The notes below the pieces were generated by a model. The model was not told where the DNA came from. It saw only the letters and a program-made list of their open reading frames with translations, and ran no database searches. 64,000 bases of DNA from Camelus ferus (lineage: Eukaryota): NCBI RefSeq assembly GCF_009834535.1, contig NC_045697.1:115694001-115758000 (forward strand), read 5' to 3'. The stretch's first letter is position 1, and every line of letters starts with the position of its first letter. Position numbers and translations under genes: made by a program. Of this stretch, positions 51,501-64,000 are shown piece after piece.

Positions 51501-51775
51501 AAAAGACTCCCAGATACTAAACAATCTTATGGTTATGGGGGAAAAGGCGTGGGAAGGGATAAATCTGGGAGTTTGAGATTTGCAAATATTAACTACTAGA
51601 TAAAAAAATAGATTTTAAAAAACAAATTTCTTCTGTATAACACAGGGAACTATATTCAACGTCTTGTAATAACCTTTAATGAAAAAGAATATGAATATAT
51701 GTATGTATATGCATGACTGGGACATGATGCTGTACACCAGAAATTCACACATTATAACTGACTACAATTAAAAAT
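51501..51775 (+). mobile_element. 5'-truncated L1 3' end
   Basis: gggaagggataaatctgggagtttgagatttgcaa...cagggaactatattcaa; TSD-like aatcacacatctgg / aattatacatctgg. Confidence 0.88.
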
Positions 51776-53979
51776 AATTATACATCTGGGACAGGAGTTA
51801 TTGCTCACTTTATATGAAACATCTCCAAAATCCAACGTTCCTCTGATGCTGGTCTTCAGCTCTGTGTTAGAACTCCCCACAGGAGGGAAAGAGGCAGGAC
51901 CAAAATAAGTCCTAATTGAAGAAATCTATCTCACAAGAATCTGTAACAGGAAGAAAAGCAGGTGTGTTGCTAAGCAAAGTATTTTTTCCTCCTGCCCTAT
52001 TTATGCCCTTTTCAGATGTCTCGTTTATGAGTCCAAAGCAGCTGTCACTGCACTATTCTGTCAGCCAGAACTATTCTATTTATTCTCTCCCTTCTCCTCA
52101 GAGATCTATATGTTGATTTTTTTCCCCTCCCTAACATCTTAGAAGCATAATACTGATCTTTAACACTTAATTGGGACATAAAGATCTTTCATTTTATATA
52201 CCGGTTATTTTAGCAATATATGCTTATCCAAAGAAGAGACGTTTAGTAAAACATATAAAGTCATGAAAGAGAGGAAAGGTGTAGGCTTTAACCATTAAAA
52301 CGTGTACAAAGGCAAAAGGACAGGAGCAGAAATGTATTCATGTTTGCCCTCATGAACCTTTTTAGAAGAACCTGGAGGAAGAAGAACGCGCAAGTAACAG
52401 TCAGGAAATAGAGACGGACTGTCTGCTTCCTTTGATGTGGACAGAGAATTCGCTCTGTTCACATTAGCCTAGATCAGATTTCCCTTCCATTTTTTAAAAA
52501 ATTTTATACTTCAAGATATTTTTAACAAATGCCTACAAGAAATTGTCTGGCTGCTATCAATTTTCTGCAACAAGGTGGTTACACATATTATAAAATAAAT
52601 GGTAGAAGTAAATTTGTAAATTACATCCAGACATTTTTGTCTGTGCCGTTTTTAATCAAGATTCATATTCCATTAGGAAAAGCTGTAGAAGTATATGAAA
52701 AGAATGCTACACCCCAGAGTTCTTGTCATTTCTGGTATTTCCATCAAAAGCAAAACTTATTAGAATTACAAAACGATCGTATGCAAAAATCATTTTAAAT
52801 CCATCCAAAAAAAAAAAAAAATCTTGGTTACTGAACCCAAAAGTGACTTGCCTGTGTTCTGAATTAAACATTTCAGGCAAGTCGTACAGGGCTTGTTAAA
52901 GCAAGACGTGATCACATCTGTCATTTTTATTATGCCAAGTACAGCAAAGATCTGTAGGTCAGTCGTAGGAGTGTTTGCCTTATATTTTCTGGAAAGGTGA
53001 AACCTCTTAACTGAACCGTACACTTAATCATCCCCAAATCCCAAGCTCTAACTCCTGAACCCTCTTTCAATTTAAAATTAAATTCATTTTCTGGTATTCT
53101 GTGTCAGTTTGCTGCAGGCTTGACTTAGAGATTTATGAACAGCGTTTCCTGTTTGCTCGCTGACCACTCCAGCACTTCTGGGTGATCTGCACGAGGCAGC
53201 AGGTGTGTTGGGAAGCGGGCGATTAGAGGATGGATTGGAGAACGATTTCATGCAGCAAAACACAGCCCCCTCAAACAAAGCCAAAACGAGCATTCTGAGG
53301 ATAAAGTAACCTCCTGGATTCAAGAAGGGCGTTTGATGTGCGAACGCAAGGAGGTCTGAAACATACGCTGTTCCCCATCTGCTTCTGGACATAGCGCCCC
53401 TACTCTGCAGAGATGAAACTTGACAGTGGTGATGTAAATAGTGAGTCCACCCTTGTTGGTTTCTTTATTTCAGACAACATTCGAGCTGACTTTTGCTAAA
53501 AGTGAATTGTTTTCTCAGTTGAAAGTTAGTGCCCTGAATCATGGTAGCATCCGCCATGAAAGCCCCCCGATATTTGCTACATTAAAAGAATGGGGGGATA
53601 CAGCTAGCTTTGGAAGGAAACAGGTCCGTGTCTCACTGTAGAAAGCTGACCAACAGCCTGCAACACCCAGTAGGAATTTGTTACTCCTGGTCCCCGAAGT
53701 TCAACAGTGTCTGACATTTCCAACATTGCTAATAACGCTGCCTTGGCACCTGGACTGACACTTCTCTGTCTCCTGCCATTTTAGTTCCCCTCCTCTCTCA
53801 CACTCCAACTGTTCAGCCCCTGTAGGAGTGTTTCCCAAGGTGTCACCCACTTGCATAATACATGCCAGGTGCCAATCAAAATCCCTGGAAGGAGAATATG
53901 GAAATGTGTATCCTCCTGTGCTTGGGGAGTGCAATTTCCACCCACGAGAAAGAATCTCTGCTTTGAAAGTTCCTGTGCC

Positions 53980-54292
53980 GACAAAGGAAACAAGCCTATG
54001 GTTACCAGCAGGGGAAGGGGATGGTAAGGGATAAATTGGGAGTTTGAGATTTGCAACTCAAACTATCTTACTTATTTTATATATAGTAGATATATATAAA
54101 ATAGATAAACAAGTTTCTTCTGTACAGCACAGGGAACTATATTCAATATCTTATAGCAACCTGTAATGAAAAAGAATATGAAAAGGAATATATGTATGTA
54201 TATGTATGACTGAGACATTACACTGAGCACCTGAAATTGACACATTGTAAGTGACTATAATTCAGTAAAAATAAATAAAATTAAATTAAAAA
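53980..54292 (+). mobile_element. 5'-truncated L1 3' end
   Basis: aaacaagcctatggttaccag...agggataaattgggagtttgagatttgca...A-rich tail. Confidence 0.88.
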
Positions 54293-54329
54293 GTTCTTGT
54301 GCTCCGTGTTTCATGTTTCATCTCTCTCT

Positions 54330-55150
54330 ACTCACTCCTTGGACAATTGCATGCATGATGTTTTTTCCAACTACCACTTACATATGTATGAATCACAGAT
54401 CTTCCTCCCCAGCCCAGAATACTCTCCTGGGCTTTCAGTTCACTTTATCAACATTCTACTAGACACCTCCACTCAGATGTCCCATTGGAATCAGAATCAC
54501 CTAAAACGCACACAGACACACAAACTTCAGTTCATAATTCACAACTTTTATCTCAGACGCCAGCGGGGATACCTGCCCATCTGATCTATTCAGAAGCTTT
54601 GGAATATCTCTAGCTAATTCTTCACTATGTTCAATTATGTATCAAGTTCAAGTAACGCTATCTTTTAACAACCTGTACTTTGTTCAGGACTACACGGATA
54701 CTCATGTGAATTACTACCGTATCCTTCCAACTGGTCCCCCAGCTTTTAGAAAGAGACATCACAATGCTGTAGGAGAAGCAGCTGTCACTTGCTCTTGGAC
54801 CACCCCTGGGTAAGTGATTTAGTTTTCTTCCTCCTACAGCAATACTATGAAAGTAGTCAAATAGCACTCTACCTGGAAAGAACAAAGATGAAATACTTGT
54901 TATTTTAACTTCTTCAGAGTAGGGAAGACTTCACACTGTTTTCATAACGATTCTTCTAAAATGCACATCTTGCTTTACACAATTCACAGAGAGCCGTGCC
55001 ATCACTTGCTTATGAGCATCTAGGACTGTCCAAAAGAAGGTAAAAATTCTTAGCCCGGCATTCAAAGCCCTCTTCCTCCCATCTTCCCCTCTGGCTTCCA
55101 TGGTCTGTCTTTCCACCAATTCTTTTGCAAATGCCATCACTCTCCTAAGA
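54330..55150 (+). mobile_element. L2 LINE fragments
   Basis: ccaactaccacttacatatgtatgaatcacagatc..ctccccagcccaga..tactagacacctccactcagatgtccca; aaaattcttagcccggcattcaaagccct. Confidence 0.6.
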
Positions 55151-57904
55151 ATTAGTTCAATTCCGCAAACTCAATTTACTCCTGCATAGTGAGGCTATCT
55201 TTGTTGTTCATTGTGCCCCACCAGCCACTGAGAAGAGTGAGCTCCAGCTCCTATAAGAAGGGACGCATCTTTGTAATTAATCCCCAGGAATGATCTGCCC
55301 TGGATAAAAACGTAGTGGAACACACCGGGCTGGTTTCACACATGATTTTCAAACTTTTTCCAAGTGCCATGTGCCGGAGAGCAGTATGAATTCACAGCCA
55401 AGCTTTCTAAGCCTTTCAGCACATGTCTGATGACAAAATATGTCACCAGGACCTCAACTTTCATCAGAGATCAGTCTATTCATCTCACTCAGACCAGGAC
55501 TTGGAAATAAAACCTTACTTTTCTGCACTGTGCACCCTTTGCACCTAGTCATATAAAGACCAAAGATAGAAAAGAATGTTCATCTTGAGGTTAGTTTCCA
55601 GAGATGCCCCTGAAAGCTTTCTTTTCGCTGCTAGAGGGACCACTGTTGAAAGAGAAGCCCACAATCCAGCGAGGCTGCAGACCTCTGGTCCCCAAGGCTC
55701 TGAGGGTATCGTCACCCACAGGGCAAGTTCCACGCCCCTTGTATAAAGCACTACATGTAACCTTCTTTATCTAAGGTCGAAAAAGATAGGCTAATATAAA
55801 AATTTAGCAGAACCAATATTTTTTTCCCGATAACATTTTAGTTTGTCTTTTTAAAACAGCTCTACTCATCCATTTGAATTTATGATGAGCCCCATGCAAT
55901 TTATTGTATTAAAAAAAATTTAGATTTCCCTTAAAAGGATTCTGATCACATAAAAGTATTTTTTATTCTGCCCATGATCCATAAAGTCTATTGATAATAA
56001 ATATATTCAATAATCCATCTTCCGCCATCAGGCAGTTTGGATATTTATTTCCTATGACACCAGTCGACCCAAATGCTTAGTGTCATTGCTCATGCAGCAA
56101 GGCGGTATTTCTAAATATTAATCTGTGCCATTTACAATTCTCATCCCCCAAGTTCACCCCCACTTCCCCATAAAGCCGCTAGGCTACTTTTCCACTCATT
56201 TCCTCCAGTGAAGGATGTGCAGAGCAGAAGCCAGGGAAAGGGGGAGCATCCTTATTTTCTAAGTTTCTTGTTTAAAATAACAAAGTCTTCCGAGGAATAA
56301 GAAAGCCAGGACAAAATATTGGTTGGGGGCAGGGGACTCGCAAATATTTTTTAAAAGATTCTCTGGGTGACCAGGAGTGGGCAGCCTGGGCAGGGAAAGA
56401 AAAAGATACAGAGGAGGGAATTCATTACAATGCAAAGAGTTTCCAAAACCTGCCTCCCCAGGAAGACAGGAGCAGTGGAGATTAGGGTATGAGACCCAGG
56501 GGCAAAGGAGGGGAGAGCGCGTTCCCTGGGGAAAAGGGGCGTGGTTGGAGAATGTGTGCGCTATACTGAGCCAATGTCACTAACAAAACACGAGGACAGT
56601 GGAATGATTCTTTGTCCCCAGGTAAGACCTGGAAGAAGGAAAGAAGCCACCAAGACTTAAAGGGACCAGACACCGCAAGGGACACCTCACCCTGAACCTT
56701 GGCAATCAAAGATCAAGGTTCACATGGGGCAACCAACATCCCACCAGATCTTTGCACCCTCCCCATCTCACAGAATTTTGTGAAGCCACTCTCATTTTAT
56801 TTCCAGAATTTAGACATCTGTCCTGCGTGGAAGACTCTGGAACTGGCCAGATTCCAGATTAAGTTTTCCCACTGCCATGAAATGGGAGTGTGAAATAACA
56901 ATTAAGCTAAATTAGGGGAAAAAAATGGATCTCTTTCTTGTAAATGTGAATTTGCAACCCCGACAGTTCATTATAAAGTGTCCATTCATTGGAATCTATT
57001 TAGCATTCTCATTCTTTGTCAGAACTCATCACCACGTATGGGATTTGGCATGACAGCACGAGTGTTTATCGGGCATGTGCTGTGTGTGTAGGACACTGAG
57101 GTGAGGCTGCGTTAGATTACAGGAGCAGTAAATTTTATGCAATGAAATGTGCTTCTAATTTTTCAGGAGATTCGGGGAGTGAGGTGGCTAACAACATTCT
57201 TGAAAAAGTCTGCCCGTGTGTAATGATACATTTCTTACTGAGAACCAGGGAGACCGTACGGCGTCCTTGAACTGCGTCAGATGACTCAGGTGGGAGTATA
57301 TGAAACAAACATGCAAAAGCATCACCACGGCTCATGAGCCTGTAAGACTCATGGAGTCCAACGCGTTGATCTAATTTTCCCATGCGCAACCTATGTCAGT
57401 TTTTAAAAATGCTGGGAAGTATTTCAAAGTGTGAACCACTTATTAAGCAACCAAAAACTACTGAAGCTCCATTTCAGACCTGATCATTAGATCGATGCTC
57501 CACCTTAGATCCTTAGATCACACTGCTCTCCATCGTGATATTCTTAGATATTTCAAGATGGTCCATGTGTTAAGTACGAATAAAAAAAAAAAAGGCTCAG
57601 GTAGACCGGCACGGTTGGCAGGTAAGACTCACAAAGGCTGCCTTCTCTTCTTAGCTTCAGACTCTTTTCTTCCATGAGAGGGAAAAAGCTCTATTTGACA
57701 CATTGCTCAAGGATTCTTTTATTCTGTCACTTTTCAAGCAGAGAGTGAAAAAAGAAACACCTTTCCTTTTCCCCTACTAATGTATTTTGTGATTTTTCCA
57801 TCAGTCTAGCAACTCTGAAAATCTGCTGAATTTACTTCAGTGCACCTGCACAGGAAAGTACATTTCCCTCCTGAAAAGGAAAAAAGTTCATTTCACTGTG
57901 AAAA

Positions 57905-58125
57905 ACATATACTTTATATATGTATTGATATATGACTTTATATATAAATATACAAAAATATTTATATAAGTATTTATATATTACCTCATAATACATCTGT
58001 GTATATATTAATACATATACAATATATATATTAATATATATTTAAAGATATGTATATATATATAATTATTATATAAGATGTGTATAATTATAATTACAAC
58101 ATACATACACATATGTCTTTGATAT
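57905..58125. repeat. Degenerate (TA)n / AT-rich low-complexity tract
   Basis: catatactttatatatgtattgatatatg...atatatatattaatatatat. Confidence 0.8.
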
Positions 58126-59394
58126 AAAACTTCCGGGAACAGAAATTTTAGCATGTAAAATAAGGAGAATAATTCAAGAACTGCTGGAATATACGAACAC
58201 AAAAGGAAAGACTACATCTCAAATTATATGTTTTGACAGACGTTTGTACAATATTGAATAGCATGGAAAACCCGAATTTCAAAATGAGAGCTTTATGTTC
58301 CCCGAATGATATCTCCAAACCATGAAAATATTTAAGGCTCAAAGTTAGAAACAGTTTAGTTAACACGATAGGGAAAAGGCTTCAAAATTACACAAGCACA
58401 AAGGAGGAAAGTGTGATGCTCTGTTGGAATATTAATGAACACAGGAAGAGCCTGGTAACATACAGGCTTCTTCTGGGACAAACCCATCAGGAAAGAGTGG
58501 GGAAGGAAATGGTAAAGTCGGAGCAATCAAAATTCAGAAGTTTGCTCTAAAGAAGGAAGCATTTTAAGACTCATTGCTAAAAGCACATTGTGGATTTTAG
58601 AAGAACGTAAGAGATCAGCACATCCTAGGCATAGATGTTTTAAAAGGCCATGTCCTGGAGGAGCACTAGATTCCTAAGGTTATTTCAAAGGCCTCCCTTT
58701 TATTGTTGCTTTTTTCAATATAATTAAAATCTTGTGCCAAGGTTCAAATTTGGATTAGTCCTATTCCTTTTAATGGATACTAATAAATATTCTAATAATA
58801 AATGAAATTTGAGGGTGTACCTAAGTAATAGATTTGATAAAAACAAATATATTTTATAAAACATGGAAATACTTTCCAGTGATTCTTTCTTAACCTTGAA
58901 ATCATGTTTTCAGAACTGCTTATTACAAACAGGCTGTGTTTTTATATTGGAGGATGTATCGAAGGATACAACCATCACCTCCTTGTAATACACATCTCTG
59001 AAAATATAGTTACAACCCACGCATCCTAGTGATATTACGGAAAGCACTTTAGCTCTCTCTACTTTAAGCAAATTATTCACAAGGTTCAATGCGCTCAGTC
59101 ACTATCCTTACAGGTTGTGTTTCGATTGCGTGAGTGATTTGGAACCGAGCAACAAGGAAAGCACAGCTGTGAGTCAAGAAGTGGAGTGACACTGGGACAA
59201 CCATAATCCACTCCACAGAAACAAGAAATGCCATTGATCCTCCTTCCTCAGGAGCCATACAATGTGAATATGAACAGCTTCCCACATCAGGATCCACCAC
59301 GTTTACTAGACCAGTGACTACCTAATCTATTAAGGGGCTCTGGTTTAGGCCTCTTATAAGGAAAATATAACCCCTTCAAATTTTTCCAAATTTA

Positions 59395-59504
59395 GGGGGA
59401 GGGTATAGCTCAGTGGTAGAGTGTTTGCTTAGCAGGCGTGAGGTCCTGGGTTCAATCCCCAGTCCCTCCATTAAATCAATCAATCTAATTAGCCCCCCCA
59501 AAAA
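59395..59504 (+). mobile_element. tRNA-derived SINE (Vic-1-like), the best-preserved copy here
   Basis: gggggagggtatagctcagtggtagagtgtttgcttagcaggcgtgaggtcctgggttcaatccccag with intact A box (tagctcagtgg) and B box (ggttcaatccc); TSD aaatttttccaaattta / aaacttcccaaattta. Confidence 0.92.
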
Positions 59505-62500
59505 AAACTTCCCAAATTTAATAAAACAAGTATTCTGAGAGATAATTAAACATAAAGATCTTCTCATTAATTAAACCACAGAAAAGAAAAACCCAAAACA
59601 GAAACATAGAGAACTACTCTGACTATATTATTGATAAAAATATATTTAAAGGAGAAATTCAAAATATATTTCCCAAATCCTCCTTAGCAAATGAACTGAA
59701 GTAATTAGTAGTTAAATAGAGAAATATTAGTCATCTCACTATTTATAGTAACCTCTTCTCCAGGTAGCATTTATATTTGAAAGCCAAGAATAGAGTATAA
59801 AATCAATATTTCAACATAAAGACACACTTTAAATTTTAATTTTTCAGAGTTATTTCCCTAATTTTAATCCATATGTAACTATTTCCAAATACCTAATGGC
59901 ACATTAAGATGATTGTTTTTACAGTTTCATTTCTGAGATTTTTTTTTTTCAGAGCTTACTATTTGAGTCACCTTGGTTATTTATACAGAATATCTATGAT
60001 TTTTCATTGGATGCTCTTGCAAGAAATCCTGCCTAAGATTTCAGCTGCCTTGTAACGCTGAAGTGTTAATTCTTCTCAGCTTGACAAGTCAACATAAAAG
60101 TTTTTCCTTACTGCCTATTGAATTTTTTGATAGGAAATAAAACATAAAAACGAGTACATGTTGCTCCGGGCGATTCTGAATCAGTTCAGTTGTTCATCCA
60201 GATATGAAAAATCCCCAGAACTCAAGATAAGTAGCCTGTCTCTCGATGACAAAGTTAAACACGAATGTTTAAGCAGGCCGATCAGTGGAGATATGACATC
60301 AACCTCTTGACCCAGATGTATCCATCAGATAATGACACTTCCACACTAATTGCTCTAGGACTTCACTGTTACTCATAGATGCTCTAAAAAACCTTTTTCA
60401 AGTGGGAATTCTAAAATTCCATTTCTCATAATTACAACACACATCTCAAGACAAGACCTACACTCAACTCACACTTCACTTGGTGAGTAAGGGTCACATA
60501 AATGCAAAGCTACCTCTGTGGTTGAGCAATAACACTGTATGCCTAGACAACAGCCATGTTCCACCCACTTTCCCAGACCAAAGAGGAGTTTCCTCAGACT
60601 TCTAACTGTCCCCGAGGCCCAACATCCCTAACTCCACATACAGACAGAGTCCTGCTGATTTCACCTCCCCGACGACTCTCCTGTCCATCCATCTTGCTCT
60701 GTTTCTGCTCCTATCGCTTCATTTCAGTCCTACATTAATTACCTCTTGCTTGTGGTTCTGCACCTGTCAGGTTTCCATGCCTCCAACTTCTGCATTTCCT
60801 GATGCCACTCATAATTTTAGTCAGGGTGAGCTTTCTCTGACCCCAGATCCTTCCTTCAGTTTTTCTCTACTCCTTACAAAATCCACATGCCTAGAATCAA
60901 ACACAGTGGAGTACAGAGCATCCGTGATCCTGCTGGTCTTTTCAGCTTTATTCTCCTCACAGCTCTCTCATCTTATACTCCATATTTTAAAGACGGCTGC
61001 CAGTTCCTCCAACATACCAGAACATGCAACTCTCAAAATCAGCCATGCCTTTCAGAATCAGCTCCATCAGTATTTAAGTTGGTATGTTGATTCCTATTTG
61101 CCTAATTTCCATTTCTCTCTCTCAGATGGTTACAAACGTGGGTGAAAACGAAGGAGTACTATTCATTTGGGTCCTCTAAAGCCTCCATATTTAAAATGAA
61201 GGGAAATAAGCTGTGTGGCAAAAGTGATGCTTCGACAGCAAACTTGCAAACACAAGGGAACACGGAAGACATTTACAAGGAGTTAATTAATAGGCGTACA
61301 TATGGCAGCAAAAACGCTTGGCAGAAGCCTTGTGTTGGAATACATCGCAGAGCAAATCCACTGTAAACAATGCTGATTTAGCTTTCAGAAAATGCTTTCA
61401 TGGGACTGAGTCTCAAACAGGGTCCTTTAGGGATTTACACGACTGACGTTATTTAGATGAAATCAGGTGAGATTTTAGGCCACTTTTAAAAAGACACATA
61501 CTTCACACGACTTTTGTTGCCCTCATTCTTTCTCTTAAGTCCTGGAAGTGTCCTCAATTAGATTTCCAGGCAAGACTGTAACCAGCGCGTGTCCCGAGTG
61601 AACAAATCACGCGATTTCCCAGGACCCCCAAACAACGACCACCAACCAGCTGGGTCACTTTAGGACAAAGAGATGCTTCTTAGAGCTTCCTTTCTGACTG
61701 GGTTGGAGTTCTGACTTCCAAACACTAAGCTGACAGCTTCAGTAGATTTCATTTTTCCAAAAAGAAATGTAACCCTCATATTTCTCATGAAAAACAAATA
61801 TTCCCCCTTGTAAAGAAAAAAAAAGAAAACCCAAATAAGCTACTTGTTCTCTCCCTCTGGTTTTCAAAGCTGTTCAACTGGATTCATTTCTTCTTTCTAG
61901 ATGCCTTCACGTCCTCATCTCTGCAGTGCTTTCCTGCTCACTCTCGCTCTCCTCTGTCTTTAATTATGTGCAAAACCTCTCCATCAACAACCCTGCCCTG
62001 GACTTTTCTGTCCCTCTGACCACAGTCTATTCTCTCATTTTCCATTCGTTGTTCCAAATTTACCCCAAATTAGTTGTCTCTATCCACAGCCAGTTAGACT
62101 CTTCTCCAATTATAATTCTTCTTCTCCTTGTTCTATGTAGACCATCAATGTGTTATAGTTCTTTGCATAAGGTGGATGCTTAATAACTGTCTATTAATTA
62201 CTAGGAATTCTCTCTCCTAATCCATCCAAATGGGGTCACCTACTATAATTTAGGTTAATTACATTTTGACATGAATACACCTTAAACTTACACATTGTCA
62301 TGTGTCAATTATATCCCCATAAACCTGAAGAAAAAAGTGGGTAAAAAAGTCATTTAACATTAAAAATCACATGTATAAGGAATCTCACCAACTAGAGGAT
62401 TGTGATAAAAATATTTGCATCTAAAATGGTATGTGGCACCAAGCAGGTGCTTACCGAATAAATGGACATACTCATGACTGACATGATGTAGCATGCTTCG

Positions 62501-64000
62501 CAGCAGAAGTGCTCAGTCACCCCATCCTCACATTTCTACGTGTAATTTGCAATCTCTGATGATGAAAACTGCCACAGTTAAATCCAAAGCTAAAAAAGAG
62601 AGGCAGAACACAATGTCTTCTTTTGTCTATACTGTACCAAATATGAAAGTGTTTTTTGAAGGAAAAAATACAGAACACTGAACATGTACGAGATACCGTC
62701 ACCATCCTCTGCATCTCCAGGGTCCGGTCTACTGGGCACACAGTAAGCATGGCGACCAGACTGACCAACAGGAAGGCTGGTTTGTTGACAGTGATCTCCA
62801 ACAGGGTTGTCCGCCCATGAAACAGGAATAGGGGGCCACATTACCATCGGATTACTGACACTAAAATGGATTTTGCAGGGGAGAGAATTTGCTGTTTGCC
62901 AAAGGAAGAGGATCAGAAAACTAAGATCAAGAATTGAAATAACCCACAGGAGGAAAAAAAATTGAAAAGAATTGAAATAACCCATGAGAAATGAAGAATT
63001 AAGGCAACTATCCAAAGAATCCAGGCAAGCTAATATTTTAGGCAGAAAGGAAAAAGATGCCCGGAATCTGAATGACCAGGATTGGCTCTCTATAATCAGC
63101 ACAGATGGATATTCAACTTCGAGGCCTATCTCTAAAAACAAAACTTCGGTTTCTTTTTCCAGATTAGGATTAGGTCATTTAGAATCTTCTACAAAATTTA
63201 TAAAAATAATTATTAAAATAAAATTTTAAATTTCCTCTTAGGAATTTATTTAACATGACATGAGTAGTTAAAATCAGTGTTGGCAAAACACTACTGATTT
63301 TAAATACGTCGCAAATGCAACACCCATTCATTCAGTGAGTGTTCCCAGAGAATCTCCTCTGAGCCAAGAGGCTGTTGCTGGGAGGGGTACACAGATGATA
63401 AGACAGCTTTTCAGGCCGATGGAAGAAAGAAGGCAGGATACGCAGGTAAAAGGAATACATGGAATTTTCTATATTTAAAGGAGGGAGGGTTTTCCCCCAC
63501 CATGGCAGCTACAGAGGTGGCTTTTAAATTTTGATTTGTATAGGAGTTTAAAAATGAATAAGGATTTAAATTGGGAAAGCCCTAGAAATGGATATTCTCA
63601 GTAAAGGACACAACACGAGGAAGGCAAAGGTGGCAGAAACAGAGTATCTGTTTACCAAAAGTGAGCCCTGGGTCCTGGAAGGGAAAAATGAGGGGGGAAG
63701 GGGGACGTCTGGAAAGGCAGCCGAAAAGGCAGATTCCTCATCTGAACATCATTTAAATACAACCCGTATGAAATGGAAAGGTTTGTAGCCAACAAAAATA
63801 AGTAGATCAAATTTACGTTCTTCCTGCGTATTTTTTTTTAATAATCAAGGTTTCTTTTCCATGTAGTGTTACTAAATTTTAAGAGTCAAAGAACTAAACC
63901 TAAAACAGTACAAACTCTACATTATTGGGTTCCTATATGCCTGGCGCTGGGCTAAATACAGTACATGCATTAATCCATTTAATCTTCGTAAGGCTGAAAG

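Noticed and set aside
59073..59330. Possible coding exon (ORF 59073..59300 and an acceptor-like ccttacag near 59113)
   Set aside because: No frame on either strand resembles a protein I recognise; plus-strand frames stop early
59395..59470. Genuine tRNA gene (also the five similar copies)
   Set aside because: Followed by the SINE tail, poly(A) and TSD; acceptor stem does not pair; multiple diverged copies
63268..63303. 11-bp inverted repeat ttaaaatcagt / actgattttaa
   Set aside because: AT-rich, too short for a pre-miRNA, no clear MITE TSD; compatible with chance
1..64000. CRISPR arrays, rRNA, operons or other prokaryotic systems
   Set aside because: The sequence is mammalian; no regularly spaced repeat-spacer array or rRNA-like sequence seen

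Overview
AT-rich, repeat-dense mammalian genomic DNA, most likely camelid (tRNA-derived SINEs of the Vic-1 type, cetartiodactyl-type L1 3' ends, no Bov-tA/CHR/PRE/Alu SINEs seen). I recognised no intact protein-coding gene or exon, so the window looks intergenic or deep-intronic. The main feature is a full-length, disabled retrocopy of the E3 ligase gene RNF26 on the minus strand (14112-16846), with a perfect 15-bp target-site duplication (TSD), AATAAA and poly(A) remnant. Its 5' end retains a CpG-island-like block with a CTCF/YY1-like motif while its body shows CpG decay, and a 353-codon alternative-frame ORF runs through its whole 3'UTR. The rest is a layered transposon record: many 5'-truncated L1s (two with 5' inversions), five ERV1-type solo LTRs, six tRNA-SINEs, older L2/MIR/MaLR/DNA-transposon relics and three micro-insertions with TSDs. 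There are also weak candidate enhancers and a candidate spliced non-coding 3' end. I do not see convincing evidence of a new biological system; the best leads are the retrocopy's preserved 5' island and its long alternative ORF. Repeat family names come from memory of consensus sequences, not a search, and boundaries of old repeats are approximate.
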